From: a virus
Taxonomy: Duplodnaviria; Caudoviricetes
Reading direction: 5' to 3' (one strand)
IMG/VR virus record: IMGVR_UViG_2596583697_000001
Location: 1-64,000 of that record
DNA: 64,000 bases
The notes beneath the pieces were generated by a model that did no database searches, was not told where the DNA came from, and was given only the letters and a program-made list of their open reading frames with translations. Each line of letters begins with the position of its first letter. Positions within the stretch are counted from its first letter, which is position 1. The position numbers were made by a program, and so were the translations under genes. This document shows, piece after piece, positions 10,501 to 19,307 of the stretch.

Positions 10501-12963
10501 GGCAGTCCATGCTTCTTGTTGTTCTTGACTAACAGCCATACCATGGGAACTAGCACGACTTAAATCCATTCCATCAAGACTAGCCAGTCCAGAAACAGAG
10601 TCAAATACGATATTATAATACTTAGACCATGCAGAGGATAAACTTTGAATTAACTTCTGGTCAATTTCAGCTTTAGCTTGTGCCATGGTTTTCCAATTCT
10701 CAACATCTAAACCATAGGCTTTACTTAAATCATCAAACAGTGATTGATTATTATTAACAATCGTACTGAAAAAGTCTTCATTTCCTGACAACTTATAGGC
10801 CATTGCAGACCTAAATGCAATAGCGTCATTATCGTAGGCAGTCTGAAGCTGAGTCATCATATCTTCGGCACTAATCAAACCGTTTACATACTCATTAACC
10901 GCTGTACGTAATTGGGGGTACTGTTTGACAATTGATTCAAGTGATGAAAGTCCGATTAATCCTGTCTTTTTGTATTGTTCACCAACATTCTTTAGAAGAT
11001 CATATGCGCCTTGCATGTTAGAAATTAAATCTGTAGACAGGGTATACCCATCGGCATAATCTTTAAGCGCTTTTGCTGCATCTTTAGCACTCATACCAGT
11101 TTCAGACATTAGCTTCTTCAATTCAGAGAATGATGCAATTGTCTCTTCATCGATTTTGCCAGATTTAACGAGTAACACATATTCCTCTATTTTGTCGATT
11201 GGGAGATTCTCAAACGCAGCAGAGAAGCTTGGTTTCTCATCCCCTTTTCCCTGTTCAAGATACAATTTTTCCGCTTCAGCCGCACTGCCAGCAGCCTGTG
11301 CAACTTCCAACCATGCATCAATTTCTTCCTGTGTGTTGATTGAATTTTCTTTAAAGAATTTGGTTGGATCATAACCATCAAACTTTGCCGTTGTGGTCTT
11401 AATGGCATTTTCGTACTTTGTTGCAAGATCATCAGCATCTACAGATAATTTCAGACGTAAACTGTTTGCATCGGCATCTGAGATATTCAATTGAGAAATA
11501 ACGTTATCTAAAATTTCTTTGTACTGATTTACATAATCGGTGACATTCAGATCTTTGGCATCTAAGGCGAACAAACTGTTGATTGCAGATTTTACATTTT
11601 CATCAGAAGATACACCTTCCACCATATCTACTATAGAAGACTTCACTTTTATAGCGTTATTTTCCAAATCGTAGGCGTTAAATCCATTTCTAATGTATTC
11701 GCTAATAAAGGATTTCTGAGAATTTGTTAAAGTATCATATCCACTTACCAATTGTGGTATTTTCTGTAGATACTCATCAATATAGCCAGAATCAATAGAA
11801 GCAAGTTCAGCATTTAAGGTCTGCCATTCCTGAACATATAGTTTAAGGTTTTTAGCCTGGTCAGAGGTAGGATCAATATTTGCCTTTGCAAGTATTTCGT
11901 CCATATGTTTTGAGAAAGTATCAATATTCCTCTGCAAATATCCCTCTATGTCTAAATCCATATCTTCATCTGAAACATTGAAACCGAGTGTTTTCAACCA
12001 GTCACTCTTACCGTTCATCTTCTCAAATGGGCGAGAATTTGTATAATCGAAAAATGCCTTTACTGTTTCATCATTAAATAACTTCGCAGCCTCTGCGCCG
12101 AAACGGGAAGCCTGGCCCGATACAGTCTCCAAGTCAAATGAACCAAACTGTCCAATAACATCAGTTCCCATAAGTTCATTGCGTTTTGCAATTGCACCCT
12201 CTCCAATGGTTTTTAAATTACTGGAAGAGGCAGACTTTTCTAATTCTAATTGACGTTCTCTTTCCAAAAGCTCAATGGTATCTGACAATGCACTATTCTT
12301 ATCAATAATCGCCTGATTCTCTGCATCGTATCCTTTTACTAAAGCAGGATTTATGGCTATTAAATCCTTGATAAGTCCGTTGTATTCCTCCATCTGCTCC
12401 TTAGTAAGTGAAACGTTATTTCCATAATCATCTACGCCTTTCGATAATTCTGCAAATCTATCGCTTAAAGAGTCTAATGTACTTTGATGTTCGTTAATCG
12501 TCGAAATGCTGGATTCAAGAGTTGACTTTAATTCACTTGCCTTACTAATTGCTATTTCATTACTGCGGATATAATTGTCTATTGCTTTCGCAGTTAATTC
12601 AATTCCTTTGAAAACAGCAAACATAATTGCTGCATTCAATGCCATATTAAAAGCTTTGGCTCCAAGCGCGGCAAAGTTAAAAGCCTTGCCCGTTTTATTT
12701 ACAACATCTGGGTACTGTTTAAATGCTTCAAGTGATTTGTCGGTTTGATTCGCATCGTTGAGGAATTTGGTTAAGGTTTCATCAGCAACGCCGGTATTCT
12801 TAATAAATGGCTCCCATCCGTCTGTGGTATATTCTTTTAATACGTCCGGAGATAGATTCCCAATTTTGCTAAAAGTTTCATTTACTTCATCGCTTATTTT
12901 TATTGCCTTTGTTTTGAAGGCATCTAAAAAGCTAAATCCATTTTCACTGCTATAATTTGCGAG
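7597..12963 (-). CDS. Tape measure protein, exon 2
   Basis: Long coiled-coil ORF; frame stays open >100 codons upstream of the track ATG (12645) with no start or RBS: LANYSSENGFSFLDAFK...AKAFNM. Confidence 0.85.
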   Translation of the reverse strand, partial: LANYSSENGFSFLDAFKTKAIKISDEVNETFSKIGNLSPDVLKEYTTDGWEPFIKNTGVADETLTKFLNDANQTDKSLEAFKQYPDVVNKTGKAFNFAALGAKAFNMALNAAIMFAVFKGIELTAKAIDNYIRSNEIAISKASELKSTLESSISTINEHQSTLDSLSDRFAELSKGVDDYGNNVSLTKEQMEEYNGLIKDLIAINPALVKGYDAENQAIIDKNSALSDTIELLERERQLELEKSASSSNLKTIGEGAIAKRNELMGTDVIGQFGSFDLETVSGQASRFGAEAAKLFNDETVKAFFDYTNSRPFEKMNGKSDWLKTLGFNVSDEDMDLDIEGYLQRNIDTFSKHMDEILAKANIDPTSDQAKNLKLYVQEWQTLNAELASIDSGYIDEYLQKIPQLVSGYDTLTNSQKSFISEYIRNGFNAYDLENNAIKVKSSIVDMVEGVSSDENVKSAINSLFALDAKDLNVTDYVNQYKEILDNVISQLNISDADANSLRLKLSVDADDLATKYENAIKTTTAKFDGYDPTKFFKENSINTQEEIDAWLEVAQAAGSAAEAEKLYLEQGKGDEKPSFSAAFENLPIDKIEEYVLLVKSGKIDEETIASFSELKKLMSETGMSAKDAAKALKDYADGYTLSTDLISNMQGAYDLLKNVGEQYKKTGLIGLSSLESIVKQYPQLRTAVNEYVNGLISAEDMMTQLQTAYDNDAIAFRSAMAYKLSGNEDFFSTIVNNNQSLFDDLSKAYGLDVENWKTMAQAKAEIDQKLIQSLSSAWSKYYNIVFDSVSGLASLDGMDLSRASSHGMAVSQEQQEAWTAATKQANKYNQIINKLNEAASIQVETPDFGGIGSVGSKSGSKKDKKDTEKPIDWIARGTKVLQDEYAKLEELANKDTIAYLGLTQEEFDKAKSIFDNGLGNTIDGLSQLQSYADKAGLSLGELYTMIQSGAPSASKENALQSMLKMQTETLLPQYQREVEAYSKAYEDALKAIPSGYKDKIENGGVDIESLPSDLAEKVQAAIDANDRLKKSEEQLEDGREKQIQTIRDLHENRVASIDIENEKLQQSNKIIKSQMELMEARGKIVDADFYKRQINNNRGLISGNQQNIAEWESEMADLRAVNFDTNSKYYKELKAKVRAAKNEIQGLKLEQEEFNNKLLQMPIENASILVSMYQDIGAAIRGWGDDVVASGGKLDANYYQSLISNGATVVGQLQKQSSLIKDVMDNYTVGSDNWNDLYKQLQSVNSEMSSAIQNIRKFNEELLKMPLENMGNFSSELQKVAEGLSKVQSEQDQVISAVTGAIKDQIDLLNEQKDAVNEQKTAEIDALKEKLKLLEKSNEERKLLFDLEQKQYDLERARNQKTNKVVRDGIVDYEKDAQAERDAQQALLDSQYNLEKYNLQEQIDKAQESLDLYNDGLQDQIDALQKISDKWSEINEKIVQGQNEAKADEILGAGWKDKVLSGNDTALFNTFSGMYVNTAEQLKKYQDQIDSTNNIQSLLEDYIASYKAGEITYAEAVKGINGLLSQLNQKMSATDNLQNIFDHLGTTNNTTANADAILTGIQSGLKDTATELLKSLEQYNKNSGMISEYTSSWQQLTDNVSSMLDVLKEVRDNLEDSYDYERDRDNDNTRYGGGKDGSPGTPGKGDYVNSGPGVKLATSRKDGITRGLVGSSSDSDREASMKLLGLKKLDPDELPAVLHMGEAVFNEEQQNNLLKNLASAYSFKPNIPDYSKTLANMNTSTRSEPFVVNLQYGDLSFPNVRDTDDAMKEMFDSVATAIRQSKSKFIK

Positions 12964-13001
12964 CGTATTACAGAAAAATGGAATAAATAATATACAGTTA
13001 C

Positions 13002-13030
13002 TTGCAATAATTATATATTAATGTTAAAAT
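13002..13030 (+). promoter_or_regulatory. sigmaA promoter for the Zn-ribbon cargo gene
   Basis: TTGCAA-17bp-TAAAAT with extended TG. Confidence 0.6.
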
Positions 13031-13060
13031 TCAGGTAAAAATCTGATTAGAGGGAATCGT

Positions 13061-13573
13061 ATGGGAAAGCCTATATATTTTTGCGAACATTGTGAAAAAA
13101 CAAATGAGAATAACCGTGAGTTAGTGTCTGCTGGATTTCTTCCAGAAAGACTTGATTTTAAAAGAGGTTACATTTATGGAGACTTGTGCAATAACGATTT
13201 CTCCATCTGTCCTTACTGTGGTGGTGAGTTATTAAAAGCCGACATAACAGAAGAGGATTACATTTTGCTCGGAAAAGCTACCAACAATAACCGTAAACTC
13301 CTCGATGCCATGGTCGAACTCCATAAGAAAGATATCATAGAGTATGAACTGAAAATGTCTCAATTCAGAAATCAGTATGAACAGGGGCAACAGGCTCAGA
13401 AGCAGGAGAGTAGTAGTAATAGCAACATACCTAAATGTCCGTACTGCAATTCAACCGATTTAAAGAAAATCTCTGGTTTCTCAAAGGCAGGAAGCGTTGC
13501 GCTCTTTGGAATATTCTCCGTTGGTAAAGTTAGCAAGCAATGGCATTGCAATAGTTGTAAGAGCGATTTTTGA
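13061..13573 (+). CDS. Zn-ribbon membrane-associated protein (intron cargo, antisense)
   Basis: CEHC, CPYC, KCPYCNST...WHCNSC; hydrophobic SVALFGIFSVG segment. Confidence 0.85.
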   Translation: MGKPIYFCEHCEKTNENNRELVSAGFLPERLDFKRGYIYGDLCNNDFSICPYCGGELLKADITEEDYILLGKATNNNRKLLDAMVELHKKDIIEYELKMSQFRNQYEQGQQAQKQESSSNSNIPKCPYCNSTDLKKISGFSKAGSVALFGIFSVGKVSKQWHCNSCKSDF

Positions 13574-13578
13574 GTATT

Positions 13579-13616
13579 AAAAAAAAGTAGGAGATTATTC
13601 CTACTCTTTTTTATTT
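13579..13616. terminator. Bidirectional intrinsic terminator inside the intron
   Basis: A-tract, AGTAGGA/TCCTACT stem, T-tract. Confidence 0.75.
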
Positions 13617-13719
13617 AACGATTAAAAATAGCCAGTCCATTGACTGACTCTATAGATGAATGAATAAAATATAACCTATGACATTTAAATCGAGCAAAAT
13701 CGACATAAACTAACCAAAG

Positions 13720-13800
13720 ATCAATAATAAAGGAACTAGAATATTCTAGTTCCTTTAAAAATATGCCCTTGAACCACGTAGGTTACCAAGGTACTATCAA
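13720..13800 (-). ncRNA. Candidate AbiF RNA antitoxin (type III TA-like)
   Basis: Tandem promoters upstream; hairpin CCUUG-GU-AACC-UACGU-GGUU-CAAGG; ends in a 30-bp perfect palindrome (13728-13757). Confidence 0.65.
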
Positions 13801-13804
13801 CTAT

Positions 13805-13870
13805 ATTATATGTTGATTAAAAAAATTTAGTCAACGTATTTAGTATAAACCAATAATTTGTTTTTGTCAA
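13805..13870 (-). promoter_or_regulatory. Two tandem sigmaA promoters driving the small RNA
   Basis: TTGACA-17-TATACT (13870-13842) and TTGACT-18-TATAAT (13834-13805), no ORF downstream. Confidence 0.75.
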
Positions 13871-13882
13871 TCAGTTATTTTT

Positions 13883-14803
13883 TTATTGTAAAGGACCTAA
13901 ACTTCTCCAGTTACTTGGAAGTCCCATCATATTTCGAATCTTTTTAATAGGAATAGTGGTCAATTTCGATGATAACTCACTATACAATAAATCTATTTGA
14001 TCAAAATACGACATATATCTTTTATTCGGAAACACTAATTTAAAAGCTACCATCACTGAAAAATAATCATTTGTATTTTTAGTTTTATTAAAATATTTAA
14101 AGTAATTATTATTACTAAGGTACGAATAAGATGAGTATGAATATAACAATTCATCATGCGCACATCGATTTCTAATTGTAGAAAGAAAAAATAGACAATT
14201 AGCTAATTGATGATCTCTAATTCCCCACTTAACTCTTTTTGCGATATCATCTTGATTATGCTGTAGCATATTTGAATAAAATTTACTAATGTCACCCATG
14301 GAAATAGCATTCACTAAAACCCATAAAGGTATGTAGTTTTTTCCGTTAACGTAATGCGAAATTGATAAATCATTTTTAATATTTAATGTGATTTTTTTAT
14401 ATAAATTACTTAACAGCTTACAAGTTTGTTCATATTTTTTTGTTCCTCTAATATCAAAATTTTCCATGTTAAGATAATTTTTATAACCATATTCTTTTGA
14501 AAATTCAAAAGCAACAAGTGACTTAACTTGCTTTTCAAATTCTAATATGTATTCTAAAGTTATCAATCTTAAATTTCTATCAAATTCGTACAAAGCATAG
14601 ATTTCCTCTAACCGAGTTCCAGAAAGATACTTTTCATAAGGTGTAGCTGTTTGAAGAAAAGGCTCTTTGTACCCGTTTATTAGATTATAATAGTTCGTTT
14701 TAATAATAATCTGTTTAGCTCTTTTCTTATTTTTAATAATAATTCCACGACTTTTTAATATTCCAATTTGAGTCCGAGTATCCCTAAATACTTTTTCCTC
14801 CAT
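13883..14803 (-). CDS. Abi family (AbiD/AbiF, Abi_2) HEPN ribonuclease (intron cargo)
   Basis: QIGILKSRGI, NYYNLINGYK, LYEFDRNLR, HY...IPLWV motifs; HEPN RNRCAH (RxxxxH); lower GC than flanks. Confidence 0.9.
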   Translation of the reverse strand: MEEKVFRDTRTQIGILKSRGIIIKNKKRAKQIIIKTNYYNLINGYKEPFLQTATPYEKYLSGTRLEEIYALYEFDRNLRLITLEYILEFEKQVKSLVAFEFSKEYGYKNYLNMENFDIRGTKKYEQTCKLLSNLYKKITLNIKNDLSISHYVNGKNYIPLWVLVNAISMGDISKFYSNMLQHNQDDIAKRVKWGIRDHQLANCLFFLSTIRNRCAHDELLYSYSSYSYLSNNNYFKYFNKTKNTNDYFSVMVAFKLVFPNKRYMSYFDQIDLLYSELSSKLTTIPIKKIRNMMGLPSNWRSLGPLQ

Positions 14804-14868
14804 ACTCCCATTCCCCTATCATAAGTAATGCTTCCAATTATATACCATAATTTTCCATATTTCTACAA

Positions 14869-14880
14869 GAACGTAGGTTC
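14869..14880. promoter_or_regulatory. Possible LexA/DinR (Cheo) box next to the abi promoter
   Basis: GAAC-GTAG-GTTC. Confidence 0.4.
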
Positions 14881-15311
14881 TTATTTAGGGGGTGTATTTT
14901 TTGATACATTAACTATTATACGTTTGCAAGCCGTATAAAAATCTGGGAGTATCTACCCAACTATTTTTGGTACATCGCATAGCTACGATTGACTTTTTAT
15001 TATTGTCATCTGACAACCTGGCCTGACTCTACCTTCATGAAATATAATATTCCATGTTCCCTGGGAGTCGATGGGGGCAACACTTATCATAAATTAATAT
15101 GACAGACCGTTTCCCTGCTGATTAGCCATTTTCATGGCGATTCCAGTCTCAAAACCACGCAGTCACGCATGGTCATATAAGGAATTTTTCTAAAGCCCTC
15201 TTGTTTATGTGAACATACATAAACTCGTTCCCGTTTTACCTATGGCTTTTAACCATAGCAGTAGCGACTTCTTGAGCCTCGCAGCCAATTGTACCTACAA
15301 CGATTTCGCTG

Positions 15312-16871
15312 ACCCAAGCTTTTTGCACCTAAAATCCCTCCTCCTATTGCACCGATTGTTCCTAAACTACTTAATGCTTTGACAATACTGTCTATGCTAT
15401 TAACGCCAACCGTTCCAAAATCAACAAAAAACTTTATTAAATCAGAATCGATTATAGTGTTTGACAATGATTGGAACGCGGCTTCGAATTGACCTAACTT
15501 TGCCACAATTGATTCTAACCATTTTTCATTTTCTTCATAAGCTGATCCAGCAGAGTTCATTGAAGCCTCTAATGCTTTTTGTACTTGTCCAGACTGAAAT
15601 GCCTGAATTACAGCCGCACCTTGATTGCCGCGCTGTTTCCCGAAAAGTGTTTCTAAAAGATCGGCACGTTTCGTCTGATCTAATGAATTAAATACCTTAG
15701 AAACACCTTCAAGAATTTCGTAATAATCTTTGAATTTCGATGGATCTGCGTCGTTCATAATATTAACCTGGCCTTTTGTCAGATTAAGAATATGAGTTTG
15801 TATTTTACTAACTGATTCAAGCCCTTCTGCTTCTTCGCCAAGTTCTTCTAAAGCGCCTTTCATGCCCATTACACGCATTTGACCGACTTTTAAAGCGTTG
15901 CCTAATTCTCCAGCATTTTGAGTGATTTCAGATCCACCAGTTAAAAGCGCTAGTGATTTGTTAATATCCATTCCACCAAGAGCCAGTGCAGAGGCAGCAT
16001 TTCTTAATCCTTCACCGAGCGATCCTGCATCTGTCGCAAATTCGTTTCCAAGTTTGTTTAGCGAGTCCACAATTGTAATACTTTTTGAACTTTCGATGTT
16101 AAAACTTTTCATTGCTGTTACGAGATCAGACACGGCAGTCTTATCATCAACTTCACCTACATTAGCGTAAATAGAAGAAATTTTAGCTAGTTGTTCTGCC
16201 TGGTCAATATTAAATCCAAGTTTTGCCCATGTCGCCGTTTGTTCCACTAAACTTGATACAGATCGTCCAAGTTCTTGTGCATTTTTATTGGCATTTACAA
16301 GAAACTGATTGTACTTGCTATCTGTCTCATCTGTAACCTTATAAAGATTTGTCATTGCCGTATCGAGTTTTACGACGTTTGAAATCATTTGTTTCACAGA
16401 CTGTACCACAGTCATTACAGCCCCAGCAGATACAATCCATTCAGAGAATTTACGTGCACTTGAAGCGAAAGTGTCGCCAACACTTTTACCAGTAACCCCT
16501 AAGGCGTCAGCTTCAGCCTTTACACCTCGAAATTTCTTTTGTAGATTACTAAAATCTGATTTATTGTCGATTTCTTTCAGTTTGATGAGTAGTCCGTCAA
16601 GTGTGCCACCAAAATCTTTTTCTGCTGCGGAATTAACTCTACGCCATGCTTGTACTTGATTGGCAAAAGTAATTTTATCTATCTCATTTAGATTATTTTT
16701 TACCTTTAACAATTGATTTGCGTATTTAGTCGCAGTTTTATCATCTACATCTACACCAAGTTTTAATTTATATTGTTCTTTTACCTGGGTAATTAATTTT
16801 GGTAATTGCTCATTCTTCAATTTCGATGAATCAATCATAGTTTGAAGAATAAGAGAAATATTATCAGCCAT
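15312..16871 (-). CDS. Tape measure protein, exon 1 (TP901-type/PhageMin_Tail core)
   Basis: LDTAMTNLYKVTD, WAKLGF, DSLNKLGNEFA, LFGKQRGN; the track ORF runs 20 non-TMP-like residues past ...GAKSLG into the intron. Confidence 0.9.
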
Positions 16872-16987
16872 GTAACACTCCTTTCATATTTTTGGGCATA
16901 AAAATAACCGCCATATGAGAGGGCGGCAGTAGTAATAGTAATGTTTTATATTTTTGATTTACAAGCAAAGTGGGATTTTATAGTGAG

Positions 16988-18040
16988 TTAATCCATAAAT
17001 AACTCATCAGAATCTTCATCTTCATCATCTCTAATTACGTATATCTGCGTGGTTTGGCTCGATTCGTGTCCAAGCAAGGCTTGAGCTGCTTCAATATTCT
17101 TGCCTTCTTCAACAACTATACTTGTCGCACGTCCTTCTCTAAGAATATGCGGATGGAATCGTCTACCAATGATAGGAGAGAATACATCTGTACACCAATT
17201 ATTAAATGTGGTTTCGCCTACTTGATTAATGCCACCATTATATTTCGTGATAAACATATATGGGCAATCATCATCTCCACGTTCTTCTAACCATTTTTTA
17301 AATGCTTCCATGGAATAATCGGAGAATTTTAAACGTCTTATCTTACCAGTTTTTCCTTTACCTTTGCAACGGATCTTTGGGGTAAGATAGTATTTGATTT
17401 CTTTTTCTTCTTCAGTTCCATCTTCCAACTTTACCATTTTCTTTTTTACAATGGACTTTGAGGTGATTATATCTTTCAAAATCTGCATTGTTTCGGCTCT
17501 ACGACAACCAGTTTCCCATGTGAATTTTAAGTAAGCGATTTTTTGGTATTTATCTTTAACCTTACTTTCCTCTAACGTAGATATCAACATCTCCATTTCA
17601 GACTTAGTAGGAGGAGTCTTTTCTCTAACAAATGACTTTTCCGGTTTTTTAATTGACGAATTTATGAAATTTCGGAATGTAGGATATTCACTTTCATAAT
17701 AAACCATTATATAATTATTCAAACTACTAACGGCGGCGCGCTTGTTGGAAATATCAGCAGAAGAGTGCTCAAGAGTTATTAACCAATTTTGATATCTCTT
17801 GAAATCTAATCCTTTTATATCTGTCTGCTGTTTATTATTTAGATTTTCCATAACCCACCTAAACCATATCTTTAAAGAGCTGCGATAAGCCTTAATGGAT
17901 TTATCTGATAGTTCAATATTGTTGGCAAAGAAATCGTCATAAATAAACCTGTTAAACTCATTTACTTTACCCCATTCTTCATTTGTTACTTCTGGTATTT
18001 TTTTCATACAAAAATCACTACCTTTCATTTTTAAATACAA
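16988..18040 (-). CDS. Tyrosine recombinase (YomM-like, late region); likely start 18007
   Basis: TGCRRAE, KGKG, HPHILR, LLGH...TTQIY catalytic residues. Confidence 0.9.
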   Translation of the reverse strand: MYLKMKGSDFCMKKIPEVTNEEWGKVNEFNRFIYDDFFANNIELSDKSIKAYRSSLKIWFRWVMENLNNKQQTDIKGLDFKRYQNWLITLEHSSADISNKRAAVSSLNNYIMVYYESEYPTFRNFINSSIKKPEKSFVREKTPPTKSEMEMLISTLEESKVKDKYQKIAYLKFTWETGCRRAETMQILKDIITSKSIVKKKMVKLEDGTEEEKEIKYYLTPKIRCKGKGKTGKIRRLKFSDYSMEAFKKWLEERGDDDCPYMFITKYNGGINQVGETTFNNWCTDVFSPIIGRRFHPHILREGRATSIVVEEGKNIEAAQALLGHESSQTTQIYVIRDDEDEDSDELFMD

Positions 18041-18098
18041 AAAACGCCCATACCTGTTACAGCATGAGCGCCTAAAATCTAAACAAATCAGTATTTAA

Positions 18099-18302
18099 TC
18101 AATTTATTACCATTACATACATTTCCCATTTTGCATTAGGGTATTGACTAAAATTTTCACCAACAATCTTATGTACATCTTCAATGTCGCCTCTGTTTTC
18201 ATCAATATGGATAATCTTACCACCAGTAATGCTAACTTCTTCGCAAATCACATTAAAATACACGTTTTTACCATTCGTCATCATCATAGAAATACCCCTC
18301 AC
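18099..18302 (-). CDS. Hypothetical protein
   Basis: Short ORF overlapping the HTH gene end. Confidence 0.5.
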   Translation of the reverse strand: MRGISMMMTNGKNVYFNVICEEVSITGGKIIHIDENRGDIEDVHKIVGENFSQYPNAKWEMYVMVIN

Positions 18303-18486
18303 ATTCTACCATTTTATCAATAGCTACTCCTAATGCAGAACATAATTTACATATTGTTAAAACCGTTGGTCGTATTTCATGGTTTTCAATTCTGCTAATA
18401 GTACCAACTCCTACATGTGCCCTCTCAGATAACTCCTCAATGGTTAGTCCATTTTTCAGTCTTAATTTGCGCAAATTAATTTTCAT
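18268..18486 (-). CDS. XRE-family HTH regulator
   Basis: LRKLR..GLTIEELSERAHVGVGTISRIEN..PTV. Confidence 0.9.
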   Translation of the reverse strand: MKINLRKLRLKNGLTIEELSERAHVGVGTISRIENHEIRPTVLTICKLCSALGVAIDKMVECEGYFYDDDEW

Positions 18487-18615
18487 GTAAGAAACTCCTC
18501 ATTTTTCGGTCGTTATCTTACATCTTATCTGAATTATGCCTGCAAAAGCATTGTAACATTTTTCCATTTCCATATGTGGAAGTCTTCCTAAGCGTTATAT
18601 TTTACTTCCTAAGCG

Positions 18616-18801
18616 TCATAATTCAACTTTTTCCAACAGATTTTCAATACAGTTAATGCACAATTGTTCTGTATTCCAATGGTAGAGCCGATCCTCGTTT
18701 CCACATTTGTCACAATAATAATGAACTACATGTGTCAACGGGCATCGAGAACCAATACATGTCAAATCACAGTCACAACAATCATTCTCTATACTAATCA
18801 A
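18616..18801 (-). CDS. Small Cys-rich Zn-binding protein
   Basis: CCDC, CIGSRCP, CDKC, CINC. Confidence 0.7.
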   Translation of the reverse strand: MISIENDCCDCDLTCIGSRCPLTHVVHYYCDKCGNEDRLYHWNTEQLCINCIENLLEKVEL

Positions 18802-18814
18802 ATTAACTACCCTC

Positions 18815-19306
18815 TTACTTTATCTGTAATCCAGCAGTACTATTCAAATACTTCTTGAAATCTGCAAATAAATCATAAATGCCACCATGGTTCACAGAGT
18901 CCACAAAAGACTGCCAAAAGTCTCCGTCTGTCACAGCGATAGACTCCTGTCCATGTATACCACTTCTCATCAAGTCCCAAACATCTTCTACAGTATCACC
19001 ATGAATTGATGACTCTGTTCCTGTAATGGGACTTTTCCATGTTTCCGGGTCATATGATACTTTACTTGGATCGAGATAGATTTCCATAGATATGGTTTTA
19101 CCTGACATTTTTATATTGCTGACCATAATAGCATTAATAATTCTGTACTGTCTTTCGTACATTTCTGGCTCAAATTTATCATAAAATTCACTGTAAATAA
19201 ATTGCTCCAAATATCTTGGAAGATCTTCCTGCAACTGTTTATACTTAGCAACAATTATTTTAATTATATGAGCATCAATTTGGTCAGGGGTAATTGTTTC
19301 ACCCAT
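18815..19306 (-). CDS. Phage morphogenesis (neck/tail) protein
   Basis: FYDKFEPEMYER motif; late module position. Confidence 0.5.
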   Translation of the reverse strand: MGETITPDQIDAHIIKIIVAKYKQLQEDLPRYLEQFIYSEFYDKFEPEMYERQYRIINAIMVSNIKMSGKTISMEIYLDPSKVSYDPETWKSPITGTESSIHGDTVEDVWDLMRSGIHGQESIAVTDGDFWQSFVDSVNHGGIYDLFADFKKYLNSTAGLQIK

Positions 19307-19307
19307 A

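Larger units (their letters stand above)
12964..15311 (-). ncRNA. Group I self-splicing intron in the tape measure gene, carrying cargo genes (splice sites inferred)
   Basis: Minus strand: P (GACUGGAA), GAAA-capped P5, Q AAUCAGCAGG (15114-15123), R CAUCGACUC (15065-15073), P8 hairpin, S GAAGGUAGAGUCA (15024-15036); P7 GACUC/GAGUC; in-frame junction after U at 15312 and terminal G at 12964. Confidence 0.8.

Noticed and set aside
8493-12955. Short ORFs overlapping or antisense to the tape measure gene (and similar shadow ORFs elsewhere)
   Set aside because: Shadows of long coding frames, without RBS or recognisable motifs
15327-15328. Alternative 5' splice site after ...TTAGGT (GILG)
   Set aside because: It forms a G:U-rich P1 but no P10 partner. 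The 15312 site is preferred, though its P1 has a mismatch, so this is not fully excluded
7597-16871. Tape measure as a pseudogene or two independent genes
   Set aside because: Both parts are intact, exon 2 lacks a start, and a group I core with an in-frame U/G junction explains the split
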